Virus record (IMG/VR): IMGVR_UViG_2531839484_000009
Length of the DNA stretch: 31,480 nt
Reading direction: 5' to 3' (one strand)
Origin: a virus
Taxonomy: Duplodnaviria; Heunggongvirae; Uroviricota; Caudoviricetes
Shown here one piece after another: positions 8,578 through 17,620 of this stretch; positions within the stretch are counted from its first letter, which is position 1, and each line of letters begins with the position of its first letter. A program made the translations under genes and the position numbers. Under the pieces are notes generated by a model, which saw only the letters and a program-made list of their open reading frames with translations, did no database searches and was not told the origin of the DNA.

Positions 8578-8820
8578 ATGAGCACAGATATTTCAATTCG
8601 TGTACCAAAAGAGATGGCTACGCCTGCTGAATTCGCTGAATGGGAAGGGATTTCCCGTGGGTCTGTTTACCAAAAAATTCACCATGGCCAACTCGCTAAG
8701 TACATGGTCAAGAAAGAAAAAAACAAAGGCCGCGTAAGCCTGCGTTATCTGATGTACAAAACTGATCAGGTCCGTGAATCCCTCGGTCATTCCAACTTCC
8801 GCGTCATTGTTGGTAAGTAA
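8578..8820 (+). CDS. Apl/Cox-like small DNA-binding protein (excisionase / lytic-switch regulator)
   Basis: 80-aa ORF divergent from the repressor gene at the position of apl/cox; basic, HTH-like segment. Confidence 0.5.
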   Translation: MSTDISIRVPKEMATPAEFAEWEGISRGSVYQKIHHGQLAKYMVKKEKNKGRVSLRYLMYKTDQVRESLGHSNFRVIVGK

Positions 8821-8852
8821 CTTCAATTATGGGAACTTTCTAAGGGAGCACC

Positions 8853-9362
8853 ATGTTTGATTACAAGATTTCCAAACATCCGCATTTTGATGAAGCCTGT
8901 AGAGCTTTTGCACTTCGTCACAATATGGCGAAGCTGGCAGAACGTGCAGGAATGAATGTCCAGACTCTGCGAAACAAACTCAACCCCGATCAACCGCATC
9001 AGCTCAATGCGCCAGAAATCTGGCTGCTTACCGATCTGACTGAAGATTCAACGCTGATAGATGGTTTTCTGGCACAGATTCACTGTCTGCCATGTGTACC
9101 GATTAATGAGGTAGCAAAAGAGAAACTGCCGCATTACGTCATGAGTGCAACCGCAGAGATCGGGCGTGTTGCTGCAGGTGCGGTATCTGGCAATGTAAAA
9201 ACCAGTGCAGGTCGTCGTGATGCTATCAGCAGCATTAACTCTGTAACACGACTGATGGCGCTGGCTGCTGTTTCATTGCAGGCCCGTTTACAGGCTAACC
9301 CGGCGATGGCGAGTGCAGTTGATACCATGACTGGCCTTGGTGCTTCATTCGGTTTGCTGTGA
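8853..9362 (+). CDS. cII: CII-like lysogeny establishment regulator (186 CII family)
   Basis: 169 aa, position immediately after the apl-like gene; N-terminal HTH-like region; same length as 186 CII as recalled. Confidence 0.6.
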   Translation: MFDYKISKHPHFDEACRAFALRHNMAKLAERAGMNVQTLRNKLNPDQPHQLNAPEIWLLTDLTEDSTLIDGFLAQIHCLPCVPINEVAKEKLPHYVMSATAEIGRVAAGAVSGNVKTSAGRRDAISSINSVTRLMALAAVSLQARLQANPAMASAVDTMTGLGASFGLL

Positions 9363-9369
9363 GGTGCTT

Positions 9370-9570
9370 ATGCTTACGAAAGAACCATCATTTGCATCGC
9401 TGCTGGTTAAACAAAGCCCGGCAATGCACTACGGTCACGGCTGGATCATGGGTGAGGATGGTAAACGCTGGCATCCGTGCCGTTCACAAGATGAATTGCT
9501 GGCAGAACTATCTACGAAAAAACGGGGGAACAAATGGCTATTGAAGGCGCTGCGGCGACTGTTCCATTAA
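9370..9570 (+). CDS. Hypothetical early-region protein
   Basis: ORF with GAGGTG 4 nt upstream of ATG 9370; sits at the position of 186 fil. Confidence 0.35.
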   Translation: MLTKEPSFASLLVKQSPAMHYGHGWIMGEDGKRWHPCRSQDELLAELSTKKRGNKWLLKALRRLFH

Positions 9571-9875
9571 GCCCCGGTCAACGCCTGAATGGACTTAATC
9601 ACATTGCGGAGTTAAGGGCGAAAGTTTTTGGTCTGAATATTGAGTCAGAGCTTGAGCGGTTTATTAAAGATATGCGTGATCCACGCGATATTAATAGCGA
9701 ACAAAATAAACGGGCACTGGCTGCCATATTCTTTATGGCAAAAATTCCAGCTGAACGTCATAGCATCAGCATTAATGAGCTGACCACTGACGAAAAGCGG
9801 GAGTTGATTAAAGCAATGAATCATTTTCGTGCAGTAGTGAGCTTATTCCCCAGACGGCTAACCATGCCGAATTAA
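9534..9875 (+). CDS. Hypothetical early-region protein
   Basis: 113-aa ORF, GGGGGAA upstream of ATG 9534; overlaps the preceding ORF end. Confidence 0.4.
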   Translation: MAIEGAAATVPLSPGQRLNGLNHIAELRAKVFGLNIESELERFIKDMRDPRDINSEQNKRALAAIFFMAKIPAERHSISINELTTDEKRELIKAMNHFRAVVSLFPRRLTMPN

Positions 9876-9942
9876 CCAACTAATGAAATTCATGGCGTAA
9901 ACCCGCCGGGTATCCCTTTAGCTAAATTCAGGAGAATTGATT

Positions 9943-10176
9943 ATGCGTAATATTGAAACCCTCACGACTAAAACCGGACCGGATGATGCAGGGCTTAATA
10001 TTTTACTGACAGAGGCTCGTCTGGAAGAACGCCGGGCAAGAGCTGAAGCAATGGCAGCTCGCCTTGATAGCCTTGCGTGCCATATCACATCCCGCCAGCT
10101 AAACCACGTTGAAGCGGCTGAACTGCTGCGTGTGGCAGCTGAAGCAATCCAGAACGAAGCGCAGGAGATCCACTAA
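9943..10176 (+). CDS. Hypothetical early-region protein
   Basis: ATG 9943 preceded by AGGAGAA; 77 aa, Ala/Glu-rich helical. Confidence 0.4.
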   Translation: MRNIETLTTKTGPDDAGLNILLTEARLEERRARAEAMAARLDSLACHITSRQLNHVEAAELLRVAAEAIQNEAQEIH

Positions 10177-10403
10177 TGGCTGATGCAATGGATCTCGTAC
10201 AGCAGCGCGTTGAAGAAGAACGCCAGCGCCATATCCGTTCTGCCCGTGCCAAAACGCCGGGCGTGTCCCGCGTGCTTTGCATTGAGTGTGAAGCGCCAAT
10301 TCCGCCAGCACGCCGCCGCGCCATTCCGGGTGTGCAGCTTTGCATTACCTGTCAGGAAATCGCAGAGCTGAAAGGCAAACATTACAACGGAGGTGCTGTA
10401 TGA
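10176..10403 (+). CDS. TraR/DksA-family C4 zinc-finger protein
   Basis: CIECEAPIPPARRRAIPGVQLCITCQ, a four-cysteine C-x2-C...C-x2-C pattern; 75 aa. Confidence 0.7.
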   Translation: MADAMDLVQQRVEEERQRHIRSARAKTPGVSRVLCIECEAPIPPARRRAIPGVQLCITCQEIAELKGKHYNGGAV

Positions 10404-11257
10404 GCACCATCCTGAAATGGGCGGGAAATAAAACCGCCATTATGTCCGAACTGAAAAAGCATCTTCCTGCTGGCCCGCGACTGGTTGAACCTTTCGCGGG
10501 TTCCTGTGCAGTGATGATGGAGACGGAGTACCCCAGCTATCTTGTTGCGGATATTAATCCTGATTTAATCAACCTCTATAAAAAGGTTGCTGCTGATTGT
10601 GAATCGTTTATATCTCGCGCCAAAGCTTTATTTGAGGAAGCAAACAGGGAGGTGGCTTATTACAACATAAGGCAGGAGTTTAATTACTCAACTGAAATTA
10701 CTGATTTCATGAAAGCGGTATATTTCCTGTATCTCAATCGTCACGGTTACCGTGGTTTATGTCGCTATAACAAGAGCGGGCATTTCAACATTCCCTACGG
10801 TAATTATAAAAATCCGTATTTCCCTGAAAAAGAAATTCGCGCATTTGCAGAAAAAGCCCAGCGAGCAACGTTTATCTGCGCCAGCTTTGATGAAACGCTG
10901 GCGATGTTGAAGGCGGGGGATGTGGTGTATTGCGATCCGCCGTATGACGGTACGTTTTCCGGCTATCACACTGATGGTTTCACTGAAGATGACCAGTATC
11001 ACCTGGCATCCGTTCTTGAACATCGGTCATCAGAAGGACATCCGGTCATTGTTTCTAACAGTGACACATCCCTGATCCGTTCGTTGTATCGCAATTTCAC
11101 CCACCACTACATCAAAGCAAAACGCAGCATCGGTGTGGCAGCTGGCGAGGGTAAATCAGCAACAGAAATCATTGCTGTTTCCGGGCCGCGCTGCTGGGTG
11201 GGATTTGATTATTCGCGTGGCGTGGACAGTTCTGCCGTGTACGGAGTACGTGCATGA
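10400..11257 (+). CDS. dam: DNA adenine methyltransferase (Dam family, orphan)
   Basis: N-terminal ILKWAGNK and catalytic DPPY motif ([12 protein letters not shown]); start ATG 10400 overlaps the upstream stop. Confidence 0.9.
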   Translation: MSTILKWAGNKTAIMSELKKHLPAGPRLVEPFAGSCAVMMETEYPSYLVADINPDLINLYKKVAADCESFISRAKALFEEANREVAYYNIRQEFNYSTEITDFMKAVYFLYLNRHGYRGLCRYNKSGHFNIPYGNYKNPYFPEKEIRAFAEKAQRATFICASFDETLAMLKAGDVVYCDPPYDGTFSGYHTDGFTEDDQYHLASVLEHRSSEGHPVIVSNSDTSLIRSLYRNFTHHYIKAKRSIGVAAGEGKSATEIIAVSGPRCWVGFDYSRGVDSSAVYGVRA

Positions 11258-13668
11258 GTCATGCCGATATGAACAACTGCTGCGGCTTTAACGAGGCTGC
11301 CGCAGCATTCTCATGGAACAGCCCGAAAAAGGCCATTAACCCTTATCTGGACCCGGCGGAAGTTGCGCCGGTTTCTGCGCTTTCAAACCTGATCACTCTG
11401 TACGCTGCCGATAACGAGCAGGAACAACTGCGCCGCGAGGCACTGAGTGATCAGGTCTGGGAGCGTTATTTCTTTAATGAATCCCGTGATCCTGTCCAGC
11501 GCGAAATGGAGCAGGATAAGCTAATTAGCCGGGCAAAGCTGGCGCATGAGCAGCAGCGTTTTAATCCGGACATGGTCATTCTGGCGGATGTCAACGCTCA
11601 GCCTTCCCATATCAGCAAGCCGCTCATGCAACGTATTAAATACTTCAGCAACCTGGGCAGGCCAAAGGCTTATTCCCGCTATTTGCGTGAGACGATTAAG
11701 CCATGCCTGGAACGACTGGAGCATGTACGCGACAGCCAGCTATCTGCATCTTTTCGTTTTATGGCAAGCCATGAAGGGCTGGACGGTCTGCTGATCCTGC
11801 CTGAAATGAGTCAGGATCAGGTGAAACGCCTGTCCACCCTTGTCGCTGCGCATATGAGCATGTGTCTTGATGCCGCTTGTGGTGATTTGTACGCCTCCGA
11901 TGATGTTAAGCCGGAAGAAATCCGCAAGACATGGGAAAAGGTGGCAGCAGAAACCCTGCGACTGGATGTCATACCGCCTGCGTTTGAGCAACTCCGCCGG
12001 AAAAGAAACCGCCGCAAACCTGTGCCCTATGAACTCATTCCGGGTTCGCTGGCGCGTATGCTGTGCGCCGACTGGTGGTATCGGAAATTATGGAAGATGC
12101 GTTGCGAATGGCGGGAAGAGCAGTTGCGTGCTGTCTGTCTGGTCAGCAAAAAAGCATCTCCCTATGTCAGCTATGAAGCCGTGATGCATAAACGTGAGCA
12201 GCGCCGTAAGTCGCTGGAGTTTTTCCGTTCTCATGAACTGGTGAACGAAGACGGCGACACGCTGGACATGGAGGATGTGGTAAACGCCAGCAGCAGCAAC
12301 CCGGCGCATCGCCGCAATGAGATGATGGCCTGCGTTAAAGGTCTGGAGCTTATCGCGGAAATGCGTGGTGACTGCGCCGTTTTCTACACCATCACCTGTC
12401 CGTCACGTTTCCATTCCACGCTAAATAACGGCAGGCCAAACCCGACCTGGACCAACGCGACAGTAAGACAAAGCAGCGATTATCTGGTCGGCATGTTTGC
12501 TGCATTTCGTAAGGCTATGCACAAAGCCGGATTGCGCTGGTATGGCGTGCGGGTGGCTGAGCCGCATCATGACGGTACAGTTCACTGGCACCTGTTGTGT
12601 TTTATGCGCAAAAAAGATCGCCGCGCCATTACTGCTTTGTTGCGTAAGTTTGCCATTCGTGAAGACCGCGAGGAGCTGGGGAATAACACGGGACCACGCT
12701 TTAAGTCTGAGTTGATTAACCCGCGCAAAGGAACGCCGACAAGCTACATCGCGAAATATATCAGCAAGAACATTGACGGGCGTGGTCTGGCTGGCGAGAT
12801 CAGCAAGGAAACGGGTAAATCTCTGCGTGATAACGCTGAATACGTGAATGCCTGGGCGTCTTTGCATCGTGTTCAGCAATTCCGCTTCTTTGGCATTCCG
12901 GGGCGTCAGGCTTACCGTGAACTGCGATTGCTGGCTGGTCAGGCGGCAAGGCAGCAGGGTGACAAAAAAGCAGGTGTGCCGGTACTGGATAACCCGCGCC
13001 TTGATGCCATTCTGGCTGCTGCTGATGCTGGTTGTTTTGCCACCTATATCATGAAGCAGGGAGGTGTACTGGTTCCCCGTAAATATCACCTCATCAGAAC
13101 TGCTTATGAAATTAACGAAGAGCCGACCGCCTATGGCGATCACGGTATTCGTATTTATGGCATCTGGTCACCCATTGCAGAGGGCAAGATCTGCACTCAT
13201 GCAGTGAAGTGGAAAATGGTTCGTAAGGCCGTTGACGTTCAGGAGGCGGCAGCCGACCAGGGCGCTTGCGCCCCTTGGACTCGTGGCAATAACTGTCCCC
13301 TTGCTGAAAATTTGAACCAACAGGAGAAAGATAAATCAGCTGATGGGGACCACAGAACGGACATTACCAGCATGGATGACAAGGAGTTGCACGATTACCT
13401 GCACAGTATGAACAAAAAAGAGCGCCGGGAACTGGCTGCAAGGGTACGCCTGGTGAAACCGAAACGGCGTAAAGACTACAAACAGCGAATTACAGACCAT
13501 CAGAGACTGCAGCTCGTCTATGAGCTGAAGTCCAGAGGATTTGATGGTAGCGAGAAAGAGGTCGATTTACTCCTTCGCGGCGGCAGTATTCCGTCAGGAG
13601 CAGGCTTGCGTATCTTCTATCGGAACCAGCGTTTGCGGGAAGATGATAAGTGGCGGAACCTGTATTAA
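11254..13668 (+). CDS. A: Replication initiation endonuclease (P2 gpA-like rolling-circle initiator)
   Basis: HUH-like VHWHLLCF and tyrosine motif [12 protein letters not shown]; 804 aa; position after dam. Confidence 0.85.
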   Translation: MSHADMNNCCGFNEAAAAFSWNSPKKAINPYLDPAEVAPVSALSNLITLYAADNEQEQLRREALSDQVWERYFFNESRDPVQREMEQDKLISRAKLAHEQQRFNPDMVILADVNAQPSHISKPLMQRIKYFSNLGRPKAYSRYLRETIKPCLERLEHVRDSQLSASFRFMASHEGLDGLLILPEMSQDQVKRLSTLVAAHMSMCLDAACGDLYASDDVKPEEIRKTWEKVAAETLRLDVIPPAFEQLRRKRNRRKPVPYELIPGSLARMLCADWWYRKLWKMRCEWREEQLRAVCLVSKKASPYVSYEAVMHKREQRRKSLEFFRSHELVNEDGDTLDMEDVVNASSSNPAHRRNEMMACVKGLELIAEMRGDCAVFYTITCPSRFHSTLNNGRPNPTWTNATVRQSSDYLVGMFAAFRKAMHKAGLRWYGVRVAEPHHDGTVHWHLLCFMRKKDRRAITALLRKFAIREDREELGNNTGPRFKSELINPRKGTPTSYIAKYISKNIDGRGLAGEISKETGKSLRDNAEYVNAWASLHRVQQFRFFGIPGRQAYRELRLLAGQAARQQGDKKAGVPVLDNPRLDAILAAADAGCFATYIMKQGGVLVPRKYHLIRTAYEINEEPTAYGDHGIRIYGIWSPIAEGKICTHAVKWKMVRKAVDVQEAAADQGACAPWTRGNNCPLAENLNQQEKDKSADGDHRTDITSMDDKELHDYLHSMNKKERRELAARVRLVKPKRRKDYKQRITDHQRLQLVYELKSRGFDGSEKEVDLLLRGGSIPSGAGLRIFYRNQRLREDDKWRNLY

Positions 13669-13760
13669 TTACGCGGATTAACAATTCGTGCTCTTAATAA
13701 TACCAGGCATATCAGGCTGATGAACGTAAAAAAACGTTTTACATCAGTAAGATTATTATA

Positions 13761-13780
13761 TACTGTAAATATAAACAGTG
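13761..13780. promoter_or_regulatory. LexA (SOS) box TACTGTAAATATAAACAGTG
   Basis: CTGT-N8-ACAG with 17 of 20 matches to the recalled consensus TACTGTATATATATACAGTA; 42 bp upstream of ORF 13822. Confidence 0.6.
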
Positions 13781-13821
13781 GTTATACATACAGTATTTCT
13801 TGTGGTGTCATAGGAGGAAAG

Positions 13822-14010
13822 ATGCAGGACTATTTTTTGGAGTCTTTGAAGCTCCAGCGCATTGATTTTTTTCTTAAGCTTGTAGCGGCTAGTGAGTGTA
13901 GTGATGAAGAGAAGGGGCTGGCTCTGCAGTGGGTTTCTGAACTAACAGATGAACTCATGGCAAAAATCAGAACCCACGAATACAACCGCTCAATGGATGT
14001 CATCAGCTGA
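13822..14010 (+). CDS. Small hypothetical protein, possibly the N-terminal part of a Tum-like antirepressor
   Basis: ATG 13822 preceded by AGGAGGAAAG; immediately downstream of the LexA box. Confidence 0.35.
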   Translation: MQDYFLESLKLQRIDFFLKLVAASECSDEEKGLALQWVSELTDELMAKIRTHEYNRSMDVIS

Positions 14011-14020
14011 GGTGACTTTT

Positions 14021-14254
14021 ATGCGCATTGAAATAATGATCGATAAAGAGCAGAAGATTAGCCAGTCTACCCTGGACGCCCTTGAATCCGAGCTTTACCG
14101 CAATCTGCGCCCCCTGTATCCCAAAACGGTAATTCGCATTCGCAAAGGTAGCTCTAACAGTGTGGAACTAACCGGACTGCAACTGGACGAAGAAAGAAAA
14201 CAAGTGATGAAAATTATGCAGAAGGTGTGGGAAGACGACAGCTGGCTGCATTAA
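14021..14254 (+). CDS. DinI-like protein (DinI / 186 Tum C-terminal domain family)
   Basis: MRIEIMIDKEQ...LYRNL...VWEDDSWL resembles E. coli DinI (MRIEVTIAK...TWESADDW) as recalled; GAGGTGA upstream of ATG 14021. Confidence 0.7.
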   Translation: MRIEIMIDKEQKISQSTLDALESELYRNLRPLYPKTVIRIRKGSSNSVELTGLQLDEERKQVMKIMQKVWEDDSWLH

Positions 14255-14389
14255 GAAACGTTGCTGGCGTCTGAACTTGCTTCTGGCGTCAGCAAGGTTG
14301 AACAACCAGCCCTTGCGAGGCGTTAGCTCTGTAGTGCATGTCTATGCCGCATGAGATCGCATGATCGTTTGAGGATCGTTTTTGCTAAG

Positions 14390-14414
14390 GCCCGCCAGAA
14401 CTGGCGGGCTTTTG
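14390..14414 (+). terminator. Rho-independent terminator after the dinI-like gene
   Basis: Perfect stem GCCCGCCAG / CTGGCGGGC followed by TTTT. Confidence 0.5.
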
Positions 14415-14458
14415 CGTAGATCATGCAGGTGCATGAAAACCACTACATAAAGCGGGCA

Positions 14459-14471
14459 GGCGTGGCGGGGA
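14459..14471. other. Candidate cos (cohesive end) element, GGCGTGGCGGGGA
   Basis: 13-nt identity to the start of the 186 cohesive end as recalled (GGCGTGGCGGGGAAAGCAT); GC-rich element just before the AT-rich cargo. Confidence 0.35.
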
Positions 14472-14542
14472 TACGAGCGCGCGGAAAGCTATTAAGATTT
14501 GTCATTTCTATCTTTCTTATGTAATGTTAATAAAAGCATCTT

Positions 14543-14599
14543 AATATTGATGAAAGTAGCAATTGTTCTTAATAGTACGAAGGATTTTTCATCAATATG
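14543..14599. promoter_or_regulatory. 13-bp inverted repeat AATATTGATGAAA ... TTTCATCAATATG (12 of 13) upstream of the ATPase cassette
   Basis: Read directly; arms separated by 31 bp, ending 37 bp before ATG 14636. Confidence 0.35.
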
Positions 14600-14635
14600 A
14601 AAATTAATAAATCATGTGAAAGGAAATGAAAACGG

Positions 14636-16606
14636 ATGATAAGAAATATATATATAAAGAATTTTAAAACATTAAATATGACATCATATATCGAACTTAA
14701 AGAATGTTCATTTTTGTGTGGCGCTAACAGTAGTGGTAAAAGTTCACTTATACAAACACTTCTAATGTTAGCTCAAACTTTTTCTAATAGATATCAAGAT
14801 GATAGTATGGTTTTAAATGGGTCTTTAGCAAGACTGGGTTCATTTACAGATATCAAAAAGCACAACTCTACAGAGGAAGTTATTACTATTGGTTTCACTT
14901 TTGATGTTGATGAGGCGTATTATCTTCGTGATAATACAATAAATTCAATTAGATGTGAGTTTGTTATTGGTAGAAGAGACCGCTCTGTAGCAAAAATAGA
15001 CGAAGATTATCATCCTATAATAATTTCTGCGAAATATTTTATTAGTAAGGGGGGGAATAATAAACAACAGGATTATATACACTTCCAATGTTCAGGTGAT
15101 TATTTTTATTCTAAAGAAGTGGTATATGACGTAGTGTCATTCAACACCTCTGAATATAATGATTTGAAGAAGAGGTTTCCAAGTCTAAAGATTTTAAGTA
15201 TTGCTAAATCTGGGGATTTAATTCCTTCTTTAATAAATATTCAATATGATAAAACAAAAAAAGAAAGCTATGAAATAATTAATTTTTTAACTAGAAAGCA
15301 TAGCACACAGAGGGGGGGGTATTTTTTAGATGATGAGGATTTTGGTGATGATATTCTTATCCCTAGAGAATTCTCCGCAAGAGTTTTGGAGTTGATAAAG
15401 GAAGAACGTAATAAATTATTGGACGAGTTTGACTTGCCAAACGATCTTCTTGACATCATGACACATAGTCATATTGCTAAAGATGATTATATCTCCTATA
15501 GCTATGACAAAAATAAATTATCGCAGAGAGCTAAGGAATTATTAAACGAAATTAAAGGTAATTTCATTGAAATAAACTATTCTTTACAATCAAGTGATAT
15601 TCCTTTAATTTTTGTAAATAAAGCTGTTAGTATAGTTGATTGGAAATCTTGGTTAGATGCTTTGGATGAGAAGAAAAGGAAAAGTTTAATCGTATTGTTA
15701 GAAAAGCACAGGGACAGTCTACAAGCAATATGGTATAACAATATTGATGTTAAAATGACAAGCGACGTATATAGTTCGCACCTTTTACAAGATGTAGAAA
15801 ATGCAATGGTGTACTGTTTCTCGCGAAGCCTAAAGTACCTTGGGCCTCTACGACATGAACCTCAGGCTGTCTATTCATCGAGCCCTTATGATGCAAACAC
15901 CGTAGGTTTGAAAGGTGAATTTACCGCCTCTCTTCTTCATCGAAATCGCGCTAATTTTATATGTTACAGCTCCCCTTCTATAATTAATGGTAAAATAAAC
16001 GTTAGAGAAAAGTATGATACTCTAAACAACGCTTGTAAAGAGTGGTTGTCATTTTTAGGTGTTGTTGAGGAAGTAAGAACTACTGATAAAGGTAAATTAG
16101 GCTATGAGTTATACGTTAAAACTTCTAGCGGCGAAAAATGGCAAGATCTCACTCACGTAGGTGTTGGTGTCAGTCAAGTACTGCCTATTGTATTGATGTT
16201 CTTGAATTCAGATCCTTCAGATGTGTTAATTTTTGAACAACCGGAATTACATTTACATCCTAAAGTTCAATCTAAATTATGTGACCTTTTTCTTATAATG
16301 GCAAATACTGGTCGCCAGTGCATTATTGAAACTCACAGTGAGTATATGATCAATAGATTGAGGCTTAGAGTTGCGCAAGATTTAGACAATAATTACCTCA
16401 AAAAATCAGCGCTATATTTTATAAATAAAGTTAATGGGATATCAGAATTCCAAAATATAAATATTAACAAGTATGGTGCGATTCCTGAATGGCCTGAAGA
16501 TTTCTTTGATCAAACAGATAAGGAAGTTGAAAAGATTTTAATGGAGGCAAGCATAAAGAAAAATAAAGAAAAAGCTAAGAGGTTTACCAATGACAGCGGT
16601 TATTAA
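14636..16606 (+). CDS. ABC/OLD-type (AAA_15/AAA_21-like) ATPase with Walker A and Walker B separated by ~500 aa
   Basis: Walker A GANSSGKSS near the N-terminus; Walker-B-like VLIFEQPELHLHP and H-loop-like IIETHS near residue 530-560; strongly AT-rich. Confidence 0.7.
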   Translation: MIRNIYIKNFKTLNMTSYIELKECSFLCGANSSGKSSLIQTLLMLAQTFSNRYQDDSMVLNGSLARLGSFTDIKKHNSTEEVITIGFTFDVDEAYYLRDNTINSIRCEFVIGRRDRSVAKIDEDYHPIIISAKYFISKGGNNKQQDYIHFQCSGDYFYSKEVVYDVVSFNTSEYNDLKKRFPSLKILSIAKSGDLIPSLINIQYDKTKKESYEIINFLTRKHSTQRGGYFLDDEDFGDDILIPREFSARVLELIKEERNKLLDEFDLPNDLLDIMTHSHIAKDDYISYSYDKNKLSQRAKELLNEIKGNFIEINYSLQSSDIPLIFVNKAVSIVDWKSWLDALDEKKRKSLIVLLEKHRDSLQAIWYNNIDVKMTSDVYSSHLLQDVENAMVYCFSRSLKYLGPLRHEPQAVYSSSPYDANTVGLKGEFTASLLHRNRANFICYSSPSIINGKINVREKYDTLNNACKEWLSFLGVVEEVRTTDKGKLGYELYVKTSSGEKWQDLTHVGVGVSQVLPIVLMFLNSDPSDVLIFEQPELHLHPKVQSKLCDLFLIMANTGRQCIIETHSEYMINRLRLRVAQDLDNNYLKKSALYFINKVNGISEFQNININKYGAIPEWPEDFFDQTDKEVEKILMEASIKKNKEKAKRFTNDSGY

Positions 16607-17615
16607 ATTTGAATATTTAATATCTCCATTGATATGCACTGGTGGGCAGGTAGATGAGCATGTCAATGGTCTGCGATTATTAAAAGAATTAGTTAGTAGT
16701 TCTGACATAGACGTCAAATGCGAGGACTCCATACTCAGCAATATGCAAGAGGCTGGTTATTATCCATGTGCTAAAATATTGAGTAGGGCATTCCCTGGTG
16801 GTGAAGATTGCGTTCATAGCGCTCAAGATGTTTCAAAAATAATAAATAATATAATTAGCCATTTCGAAGAGTGCAATCCTGAAGTTACTTCTCATGAAAT
16901 CGAGTGGGACTCGTTTACGGTTGTGCCGCCTATAGAAACAATATCAGATGAGAGAAAAAATAATGTCGAAATTTTCTTGAGGAATATTCTTTCAAGAAAA
17001 TTTCTATTAAGTGAAGAGTTTTCTTTCTTTTATTCTCAAAGAAATAAGCCAATTCTTCAGTCCCAAAAGTTTTCATTAAGCGGTACAATTAGCGATATAT
17101 ACCCTGCGGATAGTGTAGCAATACCCATTGAATTAAGTAATGAAATAATTGCTCACGGTAATATTAATGATTTCATCAATAATATTGATGGGTACTCTTT
17201 ATATAAAATGGCTAGTAATATATCCGCTCTTAAATGTGCTCTCTTTTTTGGTTGTGTAAATTTTTTGAAAAATAATTATACAGGTGAAAAGTTCGAATGG
17301 GATGATTTCAAAATAGGAGCAGATTTTTTTGATTCGTTGCTAAGACATCAAGGTGCTTTTGAACAAGAGTTTTCCTCAGTAGTTTATGAAACTATAGTGC
17401 AAGTTTTATGTCGCCATCCTAAAAATGAAGTAAAACCATTTAGAGTATCTTCCAAGTCTACTGAACAAAGAACCCATGGTGATTTAAGGGCCTTTCGCAC
17501 CCATATCACTTCTAGACATCAAGCATTGAGACTAATGTTTTGGGTTGATTCCAATCAAATAATCACATTGGCAAATATTGGTCCGAAATTTGAAGAATCT
17601 ATTTCTTTGCCATGA
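16590..17615 (+). CDS. Uncharacterised partner protein of the ATPase (341 aa), putative effector
   Basis: ATG 16590 overlaps the ATPase gene by 17 nt, AGAGG 8 nt upstream; no recognisable HNH or clear TOPRIM motifs; C-terminal RAFRTH / RTHITSRH fit an Rx4-6H pattern. Confidence 0.5.
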   Translation: MTAVIKFEYLISPLICTGGQVDEHVNGLRLLKELVSSSDIDVKCEDSILSNMQEAGYYPCAKILSRAFPGGEDCVHSAQDVSKIINNIISHFEECNPEVTSHEIEWDSFTVVPPIETISDERKNNVEIFLRNILSRKFLLSEEFSFFYSQRNKPILQSQKFSLSGTISDIYPADSVAIPIELSNEIIAHGNINDFINNIDGYSLYKMASNISALKCALFFGCVNFLKNNYTGEKFEWDDFKIGADFFDSLLRHQGAFEQEFSSVVYETIVQVLCRHPKNEVKPFRVSSKSTEQRTHGDLRAFRTHITSRHQALRLMFWVDSNQIITLANIGPKFEESISLP

Positions 17616-17620
17616 GATAA

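Noticed and set aside
10340-10399. N-terminal extension of Dam from ATG 10340
   Set aside because: The conserved Dam N-terminus (ILKWAGNK) begins right after ATG 10400, which overlaps the upstream stop; the extension overlaps the preceding gene.
10176-10403. Ogr/B late-gene activator
   Set aside because: The cysteine spacing and flanking sequence fit the DksA/TraR-type zinc finger rather than the recalled Ogr sequence, and the gene sits in the early region.
12421-13143. 240-aa minus-strand ORF inside replication gene A
   Set aside because: Antisense overlap with a gene carrying clear HUH and tyrosine motifs; likely a GC-rich frame artefact.
16590-17615. Calling the ATPase partner a PARIS AriB (DUF4435 TOPRIM) or Septu PtuB (HNH) nuclease
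   Set aside because: No cysteine-pair/HNH pattern and no convincing TOPRIM Glu...DxD arrangement visible by eye; the assignment would need an HMM search, so it is left as an unknown partner.
14636-17615. P2 old / tin genes at the hotspot
   Set aside because: Size and organisation differ: old is a single ATPase-TOPRIM protein and tin is ~250 aa as recalled, whereas this is a 656-aa ATPase plus a separate 341-aa protein.
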